Source: an uncultured virus (IMG/VR IMGVR_UViG_3300025132_000001)
Taxonomy: Duplodnaviria > Heunggongvirae > Uroviricota > Caudoviricetes
DNA length: 64,000 bases
Reading direction: 5' to 3' (one strand)
Virus record (IMG/VR): IMGVR_UViG_3300025132_000001
Each line of letters starts with the position of its first letter. The stretch's first letter is position 1. The position numbers and the translations under genes were made by a program. Shown one piece after another: positions 46,621 through 57,056 of this stretch. Under the pieces are notes generated by a model. It saw only the letters and a program-made list of their open reading frames with translations, was not told the DNA's origin and made no database searches.

Positions 46621-47100
46621 ATGAAATTAGAAGTAATACGATTTTCAAGTGAGGCTGATAGTACATCAGGCCTATTATTTGATGTCACAAACGAAAGAAA
46701 ATTTTTAGCTTATACATTAGAAGATGAACACAGAGATGCAAAAAATGAAAAAGTCATGCACGAAACTAGAATTCCTGCAGGCACATACAAAGTTATTCTT
46801 AGAACAATTGGTAGAATTCATAAAAACTATACTAAACGTTTTGCTGATATTCATAGGGGGACTTTGCATGTTATTAATGTTCCTAATTTTAAGTATATTC
46901 TTATTCATTGTGGTAATACTGACGAACACACGAGTGGGTGTTTACTTGTGGGGGACTCACAAACAAACAACCAAGTCAAGAAGGACGGTTTTATAGGTCA
47001 ATCAACTAATGCATATAAAAGAATATACCCACCTATTGCAGAAGCTATAGAATGTGGAGAGGAAGTAACAATTACATATGTAGATTACGACGCAATATAA
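46621..47100 (+). CDS. DUF5675-like putative endolysin (L,D-transpeptidase-like His/Cys motif)
   Basis: YTLED, TRIPAGTY, ILIHCGNTDEHTSGCLLVG. Confidence 0.75.
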   Translation: MKLEVIRFSSEADSTSGLLFDVTNERKFLAYTLEDEHRDAKNEKVMHETRIPAGTYKVILRTIGRIHKNYTKRFADIHRGTLHVINVPNFKYILIHCGNTDEHTSGCLLVGDSQTNNQVKKDGFIGQSTNAYKRIYPPIAEAIECGEEVTITYVDYDAI

Positions 47101-47101
47101 T

Positions 47102-47560
47102 ATGGGTAAAATTACTACACATACTATAACTTTAGATCAAACTGCAGGTAAAACTTCAGCTATATTGGCAAATGGAAAAGAATTTGAAATAACCCAATTA
47201 ATGATAACCTGCAGAGGATCTGGTAATTTAGATTTATTTCTGCGAAAAGAATATAATACTGCGACAAGTTCAGGAGCAACTAAAGATGCTACAGAATTTT
47301 ATTTGTATGGAAAATTACCTATAACAGCATGGTCTCCTAGTACGAGGTTATTGCCAATTACTCACATAAGTAAAGCAGGAAGTGATATAATAAAACAATC
47401 AAATCATGATCCACTTTATTTTTGTTTTTCTGTTCCTACATCTTTAATTATATCAATTGGAGGAGGAGGGTGTGTAGTAGATATTATTTATAATGTAAAA
47501 TATTATAATACTAATAAGGATAAAAATAAAAAAACTTATAACAATGAAACTAATAAATAA
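47102..47560 (+). CDS. Hypothetical protein
   Basis: 152-aa ORF. Confidence 0.6.
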   Translation: MGKITTHTITLDQTAGKTSAILANGKEFEITQLMITCRGSGNLDLFLRKEYNTATSSGATKDATEFYLYGKLPITAWSPSTRLLPITHISKAGSDIIKQSNHDPLYFCFSVPTSLIISIGGGGCVVDIIYNVKYYNTNKDKNKKTYNNETNK

Positions 47561-47936
47561 AATATTTGGTGGGGGTGCTGAAAAATTAATAGACTCTGTT
47601 GGCGGAGTTCTTGATAATTTAAGTACAACTAAAGAAGAAAAATTAGAGGCCAAAAGAAAAATGAAAGAACTTATGGCTAATTACCAAATGGAAATGGAAA
47701 AGCAAGTAAGTGCTAGGTGGGACGCTGATATGAAATCAGACTCATGGCTAAGTAAAAATGTACGTCCTATGACACTCATTTTTGTATTAGTGTGTACAAT
47801 GCTTTTAATTTTTATCGATGCTGGAGCTATCAATTTTGTGGTAGAGGATAAATGGACTGATCTTTTACAATTAACTCTAATCACAATAATTGGAGCATAT
47901 TTTGGAGGAAGGTCAGTAGAAAAACTAAGAAAATAA
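47544..47936 (+). CDS. Holin (GTA 3TM holin-like)
   Basis: RWDADMKSDSWLSKNVRP, hydrophobic segments, AYFGGRSVEK. Confidence 0.8.
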   Translation: MKLINKIFGGGAEKLIDSVGGVLDNLSTTKEEKLEAKRKMKELMANYQMEMEKQVSARWDADMKSDSWLSKNVRPMTLIFVLVCTMLLIFIDAGAINFVVEDKWTDLLQLTLITIIGAYFGGRSVEKLRK

Positions 47937-47951
47937 ACTAAATAAATAAAA

Positions 47952-49082
47952 ATGACTAAAGATCAAATTAAGGCTTTTTTGAGAGACAAGCCTGGTTACC
48001 TTAAAGAAGGAGCTGAACGTCTTTCTGAACGATTAAACTGCAGTATAGAAGCTTGTAAAAATGCTTTAAAAGAAGCAAGAATAGAAGCAAAAGGAAATGA
48101 CTTTGATTTAGATAATGTAAATACAACAGAACTTACAGGATTTAAAAAGTTTTTAAAAGAAAATGGAATTGCAGAAGAAGAAGTTAGTTCTGTAAAATTT
48201 TGGCAGAATATGAGTGGAGATAACAGGTTTTCTGTTGTAGTAAAAGGTGAGGACAATGTAATGAAAGAAACAAAAACTCAAATTATTGAGTTACTTGAAT
48301 CTTTTAGTCCTAAAGTTGAAAAAGAATATAAACCTGTAGAAGACCCTGTTGTATATGAAGTTTCATTACCTGATATACATTATGGAAAAATTGATGGGCA
48401 GACTTTAGATGAAGCAGAAGATTTGTACATGGATACTATAAAAGATCTAATGAATAAAGCTTCAGGACTAAATATAGAAAGGATTTTGTTACCAATAGGA
48501 AACGATGGTATGAATTCTGAAGGATATTCTAGAGCTACAACTAAAGGCACTCCTCAACAAGACTCTGCCCCATGGCAAGAAACTTTTGTTGGGTATTGCA
48601 ATTTAATTGTAAGAGCCGTTTCATTTTTAGCTTTAAGAGCACCAGTAGATGTGGTTGTTATACAAGGTAATCATGATTATGAAAGAATGTTTTATGCAGG
48701 TGAATTTTTAAGAGCATTCTTTTTAAATGACGAAAGAGTATTAGTAGATAATAATTATGACGCTAGAAAGTATTATGAATATGGAACTAATATGATTATG
48801 TTTACTCATGGAGACAAAGAAAAACCTGCAGAAATGCCACTTATAATGGCAACTGAAGAACCAGAAATGTTTGCAAGAACAAAGCATAGAGAGGTTCATT
48901 GTGGGCATCTACATAAAGAGATGATTAACGAATATAGAGGAATTAAAGTAAGATTTATTCCTTCTATATGTGGAAACGATGAATGGCATAAAATGAAAGG
49001 CTATGAAGCTAAAAGAACGGGTCAAGCTCATATATGGAATAAACAACGTGGATACGAAGGTTATCTACAAACAAATATATAA
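47952..49082 (+). CDS. Calcineurin-like metallophosphoesterase
   Basis: DIHYG, GND, GNHD, THGD and GHLH motifs. Confidence 0.85.
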   Translation: MTKDQIKAFLRDKPGYLKEGAERLSERLNCSIEACKNALKEARIEAKGNDFDLDNVNTTELTGFKKFLKENGIAEEEVSSVKFWQNMSGDNRFSVVVKGEDNVMKETKTQIIELLESFSPKVEKEYKPVEDPVVYEVSLPDIHYGKIDGQTLDEAEDLYMDTIKDLMNKASGLNIERILLPIGNDGMNSEGYSRATTKGTPQQDSAPWQETFVGYCNLIVRAVSFLALRAPVDVVVIQGNHDYERMFYAGEFLRAFFLNDERVLVDNNYDARKYYEYGTNMIMFTHGDKEKPAEMPLIMATEEPEMFARTKHREVHCGHLHKEMINEYRGIKVRFIPSICGNDEWHKMKGYEAKRTGQAHIWNKQRGYEGYLQTNI

Positions 49083-49084
49083 TT

Positions 49085-49780
49085 ATGACTTTAAATGAAA
49101 TTGCATATAATATTTTAAATCTTGTGAGAGCAGGACGATCAAATAATGATGATTCTATATCTTTAGAACAAATTAAATTCAATATTTTACATTATAGAGC
49201 TATGTTTATACGTAGAGATTTTGCTCGTAATGGTAAAATTACTAGGCATTTAGAACAAGACTTAAAATGTTTACCTTTAACAACTGTAGACACAAATAAA
49301 TGTTGTAGTGGATTTAATATGGGATGTAATATTAGCAAAACTATAATGCCTATACCCAAAACAGTTAGATTTAATTTTAAAGAAGCAATTACATTTGTGG
49401 GGTTACCTGATGGTATGGAAAGAATACAATTAATTGAGCCTTATATGGCTAAATTATCCTCTTATGCAAAATATACAGGATCAAATAGAAAAGCGTTTAT
49501 GATTGAAGATTTTATGTATATTTTAAATGCAGAGGGAATGACAAATATTAATGTTAGGGGGGTATTTGAAGATCCGAGAGATTTGGCAATTTTTGATTGT
49601 GATGGTCAGGATTGTTATAATGATAATTCAGAATTTCCTTTACCTATGGATATGATACAATTAATTACAACAGGTATGGCCCAAGGAGAATTACAATTAT
49701 TAGCGGGAAGTTTTAATGATTCATTAGGAGATAGATCTCAAGATAAACCAACAGCTCCACCAACTAAACAAGAAGCATAA
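49085..49780 (+). CDS. Putative tail ring protein
   Basis: MTLNEI.Y, RGVFEDP and FPLP..M motifs; tail operon context. Confidence 0.6.
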   Translation: MTLNEIAYNILNLVRAGRSNNDDSISLEQIKFNILHYRAMFIRRDFARNGKITRHLEQDLKCLPLTTVDTNKCCSGFNMGCNISKTIMPIPKTVRFNFKEAITFVGLPDGMERIQLIEPYMAKLSSYAKYTGSNRKAFMIEDFMYILNAEGMTNINVRGVFEDPRDLAIFDCDGQDCYNDNSEFPLPMDMIQLITTGMAQGELQLLAGSFNDSLGDRSQDKPTAPPTKQEA

Positions 49781-50262
49781 TGTATAATATTACAGACATA
49801 TATGAATATTTTGATCTTACTTCAGAATTAGAAATAAGTAAATTATTATTTAAAGATATATGCAGTGAGTTTAACATTATGGTTATAGATTATATATTAG
49901 AGGGCGGAAAATTTAATATGGGCAATAATTTGTCGTATATTAGCATACTGCGAATTGAAAGAAATAATTCAAAACCCGCAATTGACTGGGGAGAAAGTAA
50001 TAAATACAAAAGAGAATTATTAACAGAGGGCAAATCTTTATATAACGCAGAGACAGGAAAAGGTGAAAAATGGCATATCTATTATACAGATTCTGAATAT
50101 TGTAGATATTATTGGAATAAATCAGGATGTAAAATTTCAAATAAATCTGTATATAAATTTATTCCTACAAGAGGATTAAAAGGTAATAAAGAAAAATTAA
50201 CGGCTTTGCTAAAGAATGATGATTTAGCATATTTAAAATTTAAAAAGCATGGCAATATATAA
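49780..50262 (+). CDS. IHF/HU-like protein of the tail module
   Basis: ILEGGKFNM...L..I.I; IDWGES; precedes tail tubular gene as in crAss-like phages. Confidence 0.6.
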   Translation: MYNITDIYEYFDLTSELEISKLLFKDICSEFNIMVIDYILEGGKFNMGNNLSYISILRIERNNSKPAIDWGESNKYKRELLTEGKSLYNAETGKGEKWHIYYTDSEYCRYYWNKSGCKISNKSVYKFIPTRGLKGNKEKLTALLKNDDLAYLKFKKHGNI

Positions 50263-51115
50263 AAACATATCAAGTAAAAATATCATCAATAAGATTATGA
50301 GAGATCTTAAACCTAGTGATGATAATTGGATTGACGATGCAATAGAATGGATAGGCGAAGCTTTAGAGCATATTGGTGCTAGTCCACAATTAGATACTAA
50401 AAATTGTGTTTTAACTGTTTCTGAGTATAAAACTTTATTACCACATGATTTTTATTATATGAATCAAGTGGCTCAAAATACAAAAGTATCTGCAGATATA
50501 GCAAGTGAAATAGATACAATATCTACTCAATTAACAGAAATTAAAGCGTTAATAGATGCTAATCCTAATCAAAATTTGTATAATCAATTACAAGCTTTGG
50601 CTTCAAGAATGATTGTATTAGAGAATATGTATTTTAAAGATGAAGAATCTATGAATCCTATTCCATATGGTACTACAACATTTATGAAATCAGAAGATTG
50701 TGAAGATTGCTCAGAAAATTTTTTACAAGATTGGTATATTATAGAAAATGGATTTATTAAAACATCATTTAAATCAGGTAAAATTTGTGTAAGTTATAAA
50801 GCTTTTCCACTTGATGAAGAATGCTATCCAATGGTTCCAGATGATGTAAGTTATAGAGAAGCTATGTTTTGGTATGTTTATAAACAATTATTATTAGGAG
50901 GTTTTGATAAACCTAATAATCAAATTAATTATCAAATGGCCGATCAAAAATGGAAATATTATTGCACGCAAGCTAGAAATGCAGCTAATTATCCAGATAT
51001 TGATAGGATGGAAAACTTTATGAATCAGTGGGTAAGATTGATTCCAAATTTAAATAGAGCTAATAATAATTTTGAAGAGCTTGCAAAAAGAGAAAATAAT
51101 TATAGAGGATTATAA
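50249..51115 (+). CDS. Tail tubular / ring protein
   Basis: IEWIGEALE.IG, LP.D, Y.A.PLDE..YPMVPD; directly upstream of stabiliser gene. Confidence 0.7.
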   Translation: MAIYKNISSKNIINKIMRDLKPSDDNWIDDAIEWIGEALEHIGASPQLDTKNCVLTVSEYKTLLPHDFYYMNQVAQNTKVSADIASEIDTISTQLTEIKALIDANPNQNLYNQLQALASRMIVLENMYFKDEESMNPIPYGTTTFMKSEDCEDCSENFLQDWYIIENGFIKTSFKSGKICVSYKAFPLDEECYPMVPDDVSYREAMFWYVYKQLLLGGFDKPNNQINYQMADQKWKYYCTQARNAANYPDIDRMENFMNQWVRLIPNLNRANNNFEELAKRENNYRGL

Positions 51116-54100
51116 TGGCAAAATATGTAAAAGGTTTAAATAAAGATACAGGGTATGTAGATCAGCCCGACGGTTCATGGAGACATGCCAAAAATGCTAT
51201 TGTTGATAGACAGGCAGGTGGTATCTCTAATGAAGGAGGGATTGAGAGACATTTATTATTACTTTTACAAGGACATTTAGCTGCAGGAACAATTACATCT
51301 CAAGTAAGGGAAAGGGTAATTGGTAAAATTGAAGTTTCTGATGGACGTGTAATTATTTTTACTGTTACTAATAATCCTGCAGTTAATCTTAATGACTTTC
51401 CTTTTGGAGATAATCAATATAGTACTATATACGAATATAAAAATGAAGTTTTAACTTCTGTTTTAGAAACGTGGCCAGAAGGTGTTAATAATTACTTAAA
51501 TCTTGCACAATCAGGAGGTGCTACTAATAATGGCATTGATTTTAATTTAAAGTTTAATATAAATAATCCTATTGAGGGTACTTATAAATTTAGTGCAGAA
51601 GGAGATTTATTAATATATTGGACAGATGATTTAAATCCTCCAAGAGCTTTAAATGTATCGAGACAATTACGTACTAATAATCCTAAAAGAATTTATAATA
51701 AAGATCCCCAAAATACGCCTAATGATACTTATGTAGACAGGCTTAATCTTTTTCCTCATTCAGGACCTGTACCATATCTTGATCCAAATAAAGAAATTGA
51801 TAACGTTACATACCCATCTATTTCAGCAGGAGGAGGACTAGTTTCAGGAGCGTATCAATTAGCTTTAGCATATGCTGATATAGATGGAGTAGCTACTAAT
51901 TATTTAACAGTATCTAATCCTGTATATATTGTGTGTGCTAATGAAGGAGTTCGTCCTATTGAACGATATGATGGATGTCCCCCAGGATCTCAAACAGGAA
52001 AATCTGTTACTTGGATAGCAGACAAATTAAATACAGATTACGAGTACCTTCGACCTGTAGTTATTCAAACTGTAGATAATGTAGAAAAAGCATTTAAATT
52101 AAAAGACCTTGCTATTGAAGAGTCTGGTACTCTACAAGTAACTTTTACAGGATTAGAAGGTTTTGAATCATCTTCTGTAGAAGAGGTTATAATTGATGCA
52201 GTAGCATATGAAAAAGCTAAAACTCTAACACAACTAGATGGTATTTTATATTTAGGAAATTTAGAAGGAACGCAAGATGTTGGGTTCCAGCCATATGCTA
52301 ACAATATTAAATTAGAAGCTCAAACTAAAACAATTCGAGGATTTGATCCTTTTGAAATAAGTGTTGACAATTTAACAAATGGGTATAAAAGTACAACTCC
52401 TTTTCAAGATCTTATTTCTCAAGGAGCAATGAGTACTGATACTATTTCAGGGCCTAATTATTATAATTTAGAAAATGGATACAGATCTACTCGTTGGAAT
52501 GTTAATCATAAAGGGTATATGAGAGATGAAGTATATGCTTTTTATATTGCATTTATAATGAAAGATGGAAGTTTATCTTATGCTTATCATATACCTGGAA
52601 GAGAAGAAGTTATAAACGAACGTAAATTTATTGAAAATAGTACAGACTACCCATTAACAATGGCAAGTTGGATGCAAGCACATGATGCTAATTCTTGTAG
52701 TATGTCTAATTATGACAATTTACAATTTTGGGATTTAGATCAAGGAGCAGCTAATTTTGGAAATATAAATTTTCAAGATCCAGAGTTATATAATATGACA
52801 AATGGTTTAGGCCGTCGTTTTCATTTTTATGAATATAGTTATGATTTCTGGGATGCTGAAACAAGGCATATGAATTATTGGGAAAATAGAAGTGAACGAT
52901 ATCCTGATAATGTCAATTTTATAACTAAAAATATTCTTTTAACTGGACAAGATCAAATAATAGGTGATAAAGATTTAAGAAATGAACCTGTAAGACATCA
53001 TCATTTTCCATCTAATGAAAATCAAACTTATAAAGCAATAGGGGAATTAAATACAGGATTAGCTCCTGGAGAAACTAGTTTTACTCCTACAGGAGGAGTT
53101 AGATCAGGTAAATTTGCAGGTATACATCGGTTTTGGTCTGCAGATGAAACTTGGATGCAGGCTCCAACTGCTTTTGCTGTAGGTCATATGCCACATCAAT
53201 GGGTTAATGCAAATAATTTTATATTTCCTGATACTACTATGTTTGAATTAAGTGCTGGAACAGATAGCATGCCTGAAGTTGGAACATGTGTTTTTTGTCA
53301 AGTTGGTGGAGGATATGGAGATGCAAGTTATGATGGATGGGGTGGAAATGGATGTAATGGATGGGTGTATGGAATGGTTGTTGATAGTGGTCAATATTTT
53401 ACAAGTGATGGCGACTGGCTTTCAATGGGAGTTTCTCAAGGGCTTTTTCAACCAGGTCAACCGTTAACTAGTATATTAGGTGATGGGTTTTATTCAAATA
53501 ATATTTTAAATACTAATAATAATAATAGTTTATTAAATGGAAGAAAAGGTATTTTATTGGAAACTAATGGTGGGATTCAATTAAATTTATCTGGCAGTAG
53601 ATGTGGGTGTAGTGAAATTCCTGCTGATATTTTAATAGAAGCTACTGGAAGTGAGGGTAACCCTTGCTCTGGAAGTCCAAATCCTATGAATGATCCTATT
53701 ACTGGAGACTATCAATGTGCTGATGGAGGACTTGAAGCTTTAGATACTACAATAGAAAATCCTTTTGGAGGGCACAATGCTACACGTTGGAATTGTAATG
53801 CAAGTGCGAATGATCTTACTCCTTTTAATCCAAATAGTACTCAATCACAAGGTAATTGTTATTGGTTAGGAGAAACAGAATCTGTAGAAACAGAGTTAGA
53901 TGAAGGTTATATGTCCAGAGACATTAAAGTTTTAGGATTTAATTTACATGATGTAAAAGTTCCACAATCTATTGCAGATAAAGTACAAGGATTTAGAATT
54001 TATTATGCTAACCGTGGTCATCAAAATAGACGTGTATTAGGTCAAAATCCTGTTATTCCTATGGAAAGGCAAAAAGGATTATTAGCTTTATGTGGAGGCT

Positions 54101-57027
54101 CATCAAGTGTAGATTGGTTTGCTGATGATATGGATTGGCTAAATACTGAATTTGATACAAATTTTCAATTACAAAGTTTTACTAGGTGGATTAAAGCTTG
54201 TATTCCAAGAGAGCCAGGATGGTATATGCATGATAATGCGGCGGACCATGCTGATTCTAGTCAGCATAGTCATATGACTCTTCCTCAAGACGGTCCAAAC
54301 CCAATTAAAATGTGTAGTTATACAGGACTATCTTTTCATGATTTTTATTTATTAAATGGACATCATAGTATTGCGCATGCCACACATTTAAAAATGGAAT
54401 ATATTTTAGAAACATATGGGTTTAGAGGTATAAAATATTCTTTAGATTTTTGGACTAATTATCAAATTAATGAAGAAGGACAAACTATAATTTCTCAGAT
54501 AATGCAGATGGGACAAAGTGTAAATGAACAAATTCAAACTGCTTGTGCACGAAGAATATTTTATAGTGCTTTTCAAATTGCAGATACATTTTGGTCTCCA
54601 CATTATAACGATGATAGTACTAAAATGCAAAATGTTAGTGGAGGGTTTTTAAATAGGCCTATTAAAGAAAATGCTAAAAATTATATTCGTGGTAATAGTT
54701 ATTTTAAAGCTTCTTCATTAGGATTTGGGCATGAAATTGATAATGATGGAGGAGAATCTAGTATAGTATTACAATTAGTCCGACATAGAGGATTGCCTTT
54801 TTTACCTATAAGTAAAGAATTTATTGAGTTTATATGGACAGGTTCACAAGATCTGAATTCTATGGACGATGGTTTAGAGAAAGAAATTCCTCATTTGCAT
54901 GAGGATCATGGATTTATATATCAAACAAATTTACACGCTTTTAAAGTAGATATGTATAATACTATAGATGCTAATGAATTAGTTTGGACTGGATATGAAA
55001 TTACAGGCCCTGAATTTAGAAATCATTTTGTGGCAACAGATGATATAGGAGCTGGAACAACTCATTCAACTACAGCTGTTTATCCTGAAGGTATTTTTGG
55101 TGGGGATACTTTTATATGTAGATATGCATATAGATCTACTTGGCAGGCTATAAGTGATTCACAATCAGAAACACAATATAAATTTAAAGGAGGAAGATCA
55201 GGATATATGACAATTGTTGAGTCTACTGATAATATTAATTTTAGACATTCAGGGGAAAAAGCGTCAGGTGCAGATTTATATGCTCCAAATGCGTCTCTTG
55301 TTGATCTTATAAGAGTAGATCAACAAATTGATTTAACGTTTAATGCAGGAGATGTTAATACAGGAAATATTAGATATAATGAAGATTACTCTAAATTAAA
55401 TACTCTTAGAACTGCTATTCCTTTACCAACATCTAATACAGATTTAAGTAATTTTCCAACTAGAATACAAAGAAGTACTAAAGATGACGGTTCTTCTATG
55501 TTAGATAGTTATAGATTGTTTTTAGCAAATGAATTTAAAGATCTACCTAAAGATAAAGGAGACTTATGGAAAGTTACTCCATATAACAATCAGTTATATT
55601 TCCATATGGAAGATACATTATATCAAACTAAAGGTAAAGATGCTCTAGAATTAAAAGATGGATCAGAAGCATTTGTTGGAAGTGGAGATATTTTTCAAAA
55701 AGATCCTGAACAAATTTTTCAAACATATTATGGATATGGAGGTACACAATCTCAATTTGCAAATATTGTAACTAGACACGGATATTTCTTTGTTGATCAA
55801 ATGGCTAGAAAAGTATTTTTATTAGCTGATAAACTTATGGATCTTAGTGCTGCTGGTTTAAGACACTGGTTTAAACATAATATACCATATGGATTAGAAG
55901 CTTTTGGATTAGACGTAACAAATACTACTTACAATGTAGATAATCCTTTAAGTATGGGTTTTACTTCTACGTGGGATCCTGAAACTAATAGAATTCTTTT
56001 AACTAAAAATGAATTAGCTCCTACACAAATATTTAGCTATCTATCTGAACAAGGTAATACTGTGGAGAATGTTGGATTTATTTTACCAGGGCAAATTAGA
56101 TTTAATCCAGATACAGGAACTTTTGAACAAGCATCATTTGGAGGAATAACTTGGAATGAAATACCTTTAAATCCTGAAGCAGTGAATGGAGGTTTTGCTC
56201 TCAATGGGGTTGATACATCATTTGCTGCTGTATTAGCAGAAGGGCCTATGGATTGTCAAGCAGAGATAGACGCTTCTGGATTTATATGGACTTGGATAGC
56301 GTCTTTAAATGTATGTGTTTCACTTATCCAAAATCAAAATTTATTTGAACAAAAAGGATGGACAGTATCTTTTTATCCTGAATTAGCAATTTGGGTATCA
56401 TTTCATGATTATACTCCATCTGTTTATATGTTATCTGGAGAACAATTGTTATCAGCAAATGGAACAGCAGATCAAATTGATATTCATAATACCACTGATT
56501 ATGGTACTTTTCGAGGGGTAACTTTTCCTTTTGAATTTAATTTTATACATGGTGAAAATTCAAATGAAACAAAAACATTTTCAAGTTTTAGATATCATGC
56601 CGATGTTTGGAATGTAGCTAATGCTAGTCTATTATCAGAAAATGCAACTAAAACTAAAATACATGATCAAGGATTTACGTCTTTTTATGTATATACGAGC
56701 GTACAAAACTCAAATGAACAAGATTTAGTCTATTTGGCTAATATTAGAAAAACAAGTAATGATTGGAAAGTAAATAGATTTAGAGATCTAGCAAACTTAG
56801 ATGAATCAGGACCTACTATACAAGTTTTTGATAATATACCTATGTTTATAGAGGACGGTATGAACGAAACAATTAATCCTTTATTTATTGATTTAACTAA
56901 ACCTGCAGCTCAACAGAGAAAATTTGTCGATAAATGGATAGGAATTTGTTTAAAATATGATAATATCTCAAATAATTTGTTAACTTTGTATTCTACAGAC
57001 GTGGAAGTACGTAAATATTTCCGTTAG
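51115..57027 (+). CDS. Tail stabilisation / muzzle protein (P22 gp10-like)
   Basis: KGLNKD, YWTDDLNPPR.LN, YMRDEVY, RHH.FP, FGGDTFI.RY and WVSFHDY.P motifs. Confidence 0.8.
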   Translation: MAKYVKGLNKDTGYVDQPDGSWRHAKNAIVDRQAGGISNEGGIERHLLLLLQGHLAAGTITSQVRERVIGKIEVSDGRVIIFTVTNNPAVNLNDFPFGDNQYSTIYEYKNEVLTSVLETWPEGVNNYLNLAQSGGATNNGIDFNLKFNINNPIEGTYKFSAEGDLLIYWTDDLNPPRALNVSRQLRTNNPKRIYNKDPQNTPNDTYVDRLNLFPHSGPVPYLDPNKEIDNVTYPSISAGGGLVSGAYQLALAYADIDGVATNYLTVSNPVYIVCANEGVRPIERYDGCPPGSQTGKSVTWIADKLNTDYEYLRPVVIQTVDNVEKAFKLKDLAIEESGTLQVTFTGLEGFESSSVEEVIIDAVAYEKAKTLTQLDGILYLGNLEGTQDVGFQPYANNIKLEAQTKTIRGFDPFEISVDNLTNGYKSTTPFQDLISQGAMSTDTISGPNYYNLENGYRSTRWNVNHKGYMRDEVYAFYIAFIMKDGSLSYAYHIPGREEVINERKFIENSTDYPLTMASWMQAHDANSCSMSNYDNLQFWDLDQGAANFGNINFQDPELYNMTNGLGRRFHFYEYSYDFWDAETRHMNYWENRSERYPDNVNFITKNILLTGQDQIIGDKDLRNEPVRHHHFPSNENQTYKAIGELNTGLAPGETSFTPTGGVRSGKFAGIHRFWSADETWMQAPTAFAVGHMPHQWVNANNFIFPDTTMFELSAGTDSMPEVGTCVFCQVGGGYGDASYDGWGGNGCNGWVYGMVVDSGQYFTSDGDWLSMGVSQGLFQPGQPLTSILGDGFYSNNILNTNNNNSLLNGRKGILLETNGGIQLNLSGSRCGCSEIPADILIEATGSEGNPCSGSPNPMNDPITGDYQCADGGLEALDTTIENPFGGHNATRWNCNASANDLTPFNPNSTQSQGNCYWLGETESVETELDEGYMSRDIKVLGFNLHDVKVPQSIADKVQGFRIYYANRGHQNRRVLGQNPVIPMERQKGLLALCGGSSSVDWFADDMDWLNTEFDTNFQLQSFTRWIKACIPREPGWYMHDNAADHADSSQHSHMTLPQDGPNPIKMCSYTGLSFHDFYLLNGHHSIAHATHLKMEYILETYGFRGIKYSLDFWTNYQINEEGQTIISQIMQMGQSVNEQIQTACARRIFYSAFQIADTFWSPHYNDDSTKMQNVSGGFLNRPIKENAKNYIRGNSYFKASSLGFGHEIDNDGGESSIVLQLVRHRGLPFLPISKEFIEFIWTGSQDLNSMDDGLEKEIPHLHEDHGFIYQTNLHAFKVDMYNTIDANELVWTGYEITGPEFRNHFVATDDIGAGTTHSTTAVYPEGIFGGDTFICRYAYRSTWQAISDSQSETQYKFKGGRSGYMTIVESTDNINFRHSGEKASGADLYAPNASLVDLIRVDQQIDLTFNAGDVNTGNIRYNEDYSKLNTLRTAIPLPTSNTDLSNFPTRIQRSTKDDGSSMLDSYRLFLANEFKDLPKDKGDLWKVTPYNNQLYFHMEDTLYQTKGKDALELKDGSEAFVGSGDIFQKDPEQIFQTYYGYGGTQSQFANIVTRHGYFFVDQMARKVFLLADKLMDLSAAGLRHWFKHNIPYGLEAFGLDVTNTTYNVDNPLSMGFTSTWDPETNRILLTKNELAPTQIFSYLSEQGNTVENVGFILPGQIRFNPDTGTFEQASFGGITWNEIPLNPEAVNGGFALNGVDTSFAAVLAEGPMDCQAEIDASGFIWTWIASLNVCVSLIQNQNLFEQKGWTVSFYPELAIWVSFHDYTPSVYMLSGEQLLSANGTADQIDIHNTTDYGTFRGVTFPFEFNFIHGENSNETKTFSSFRYHADVWNVANASLLSENATKTKIHDQGFTSFYVYTSVQNSNEQDLVYLANIRKTSNDWKVNRFRDLANLDESGPTIQVFDNIPMFIEDGMNETINPLFIDLTKPAAQQRKFVDKWIGICLKYDNISNNLLTLYSTDVEVRKYFR

Positions 57028-57056
57028 ATGTAGATTAATTTATAAAAATTTATGTT

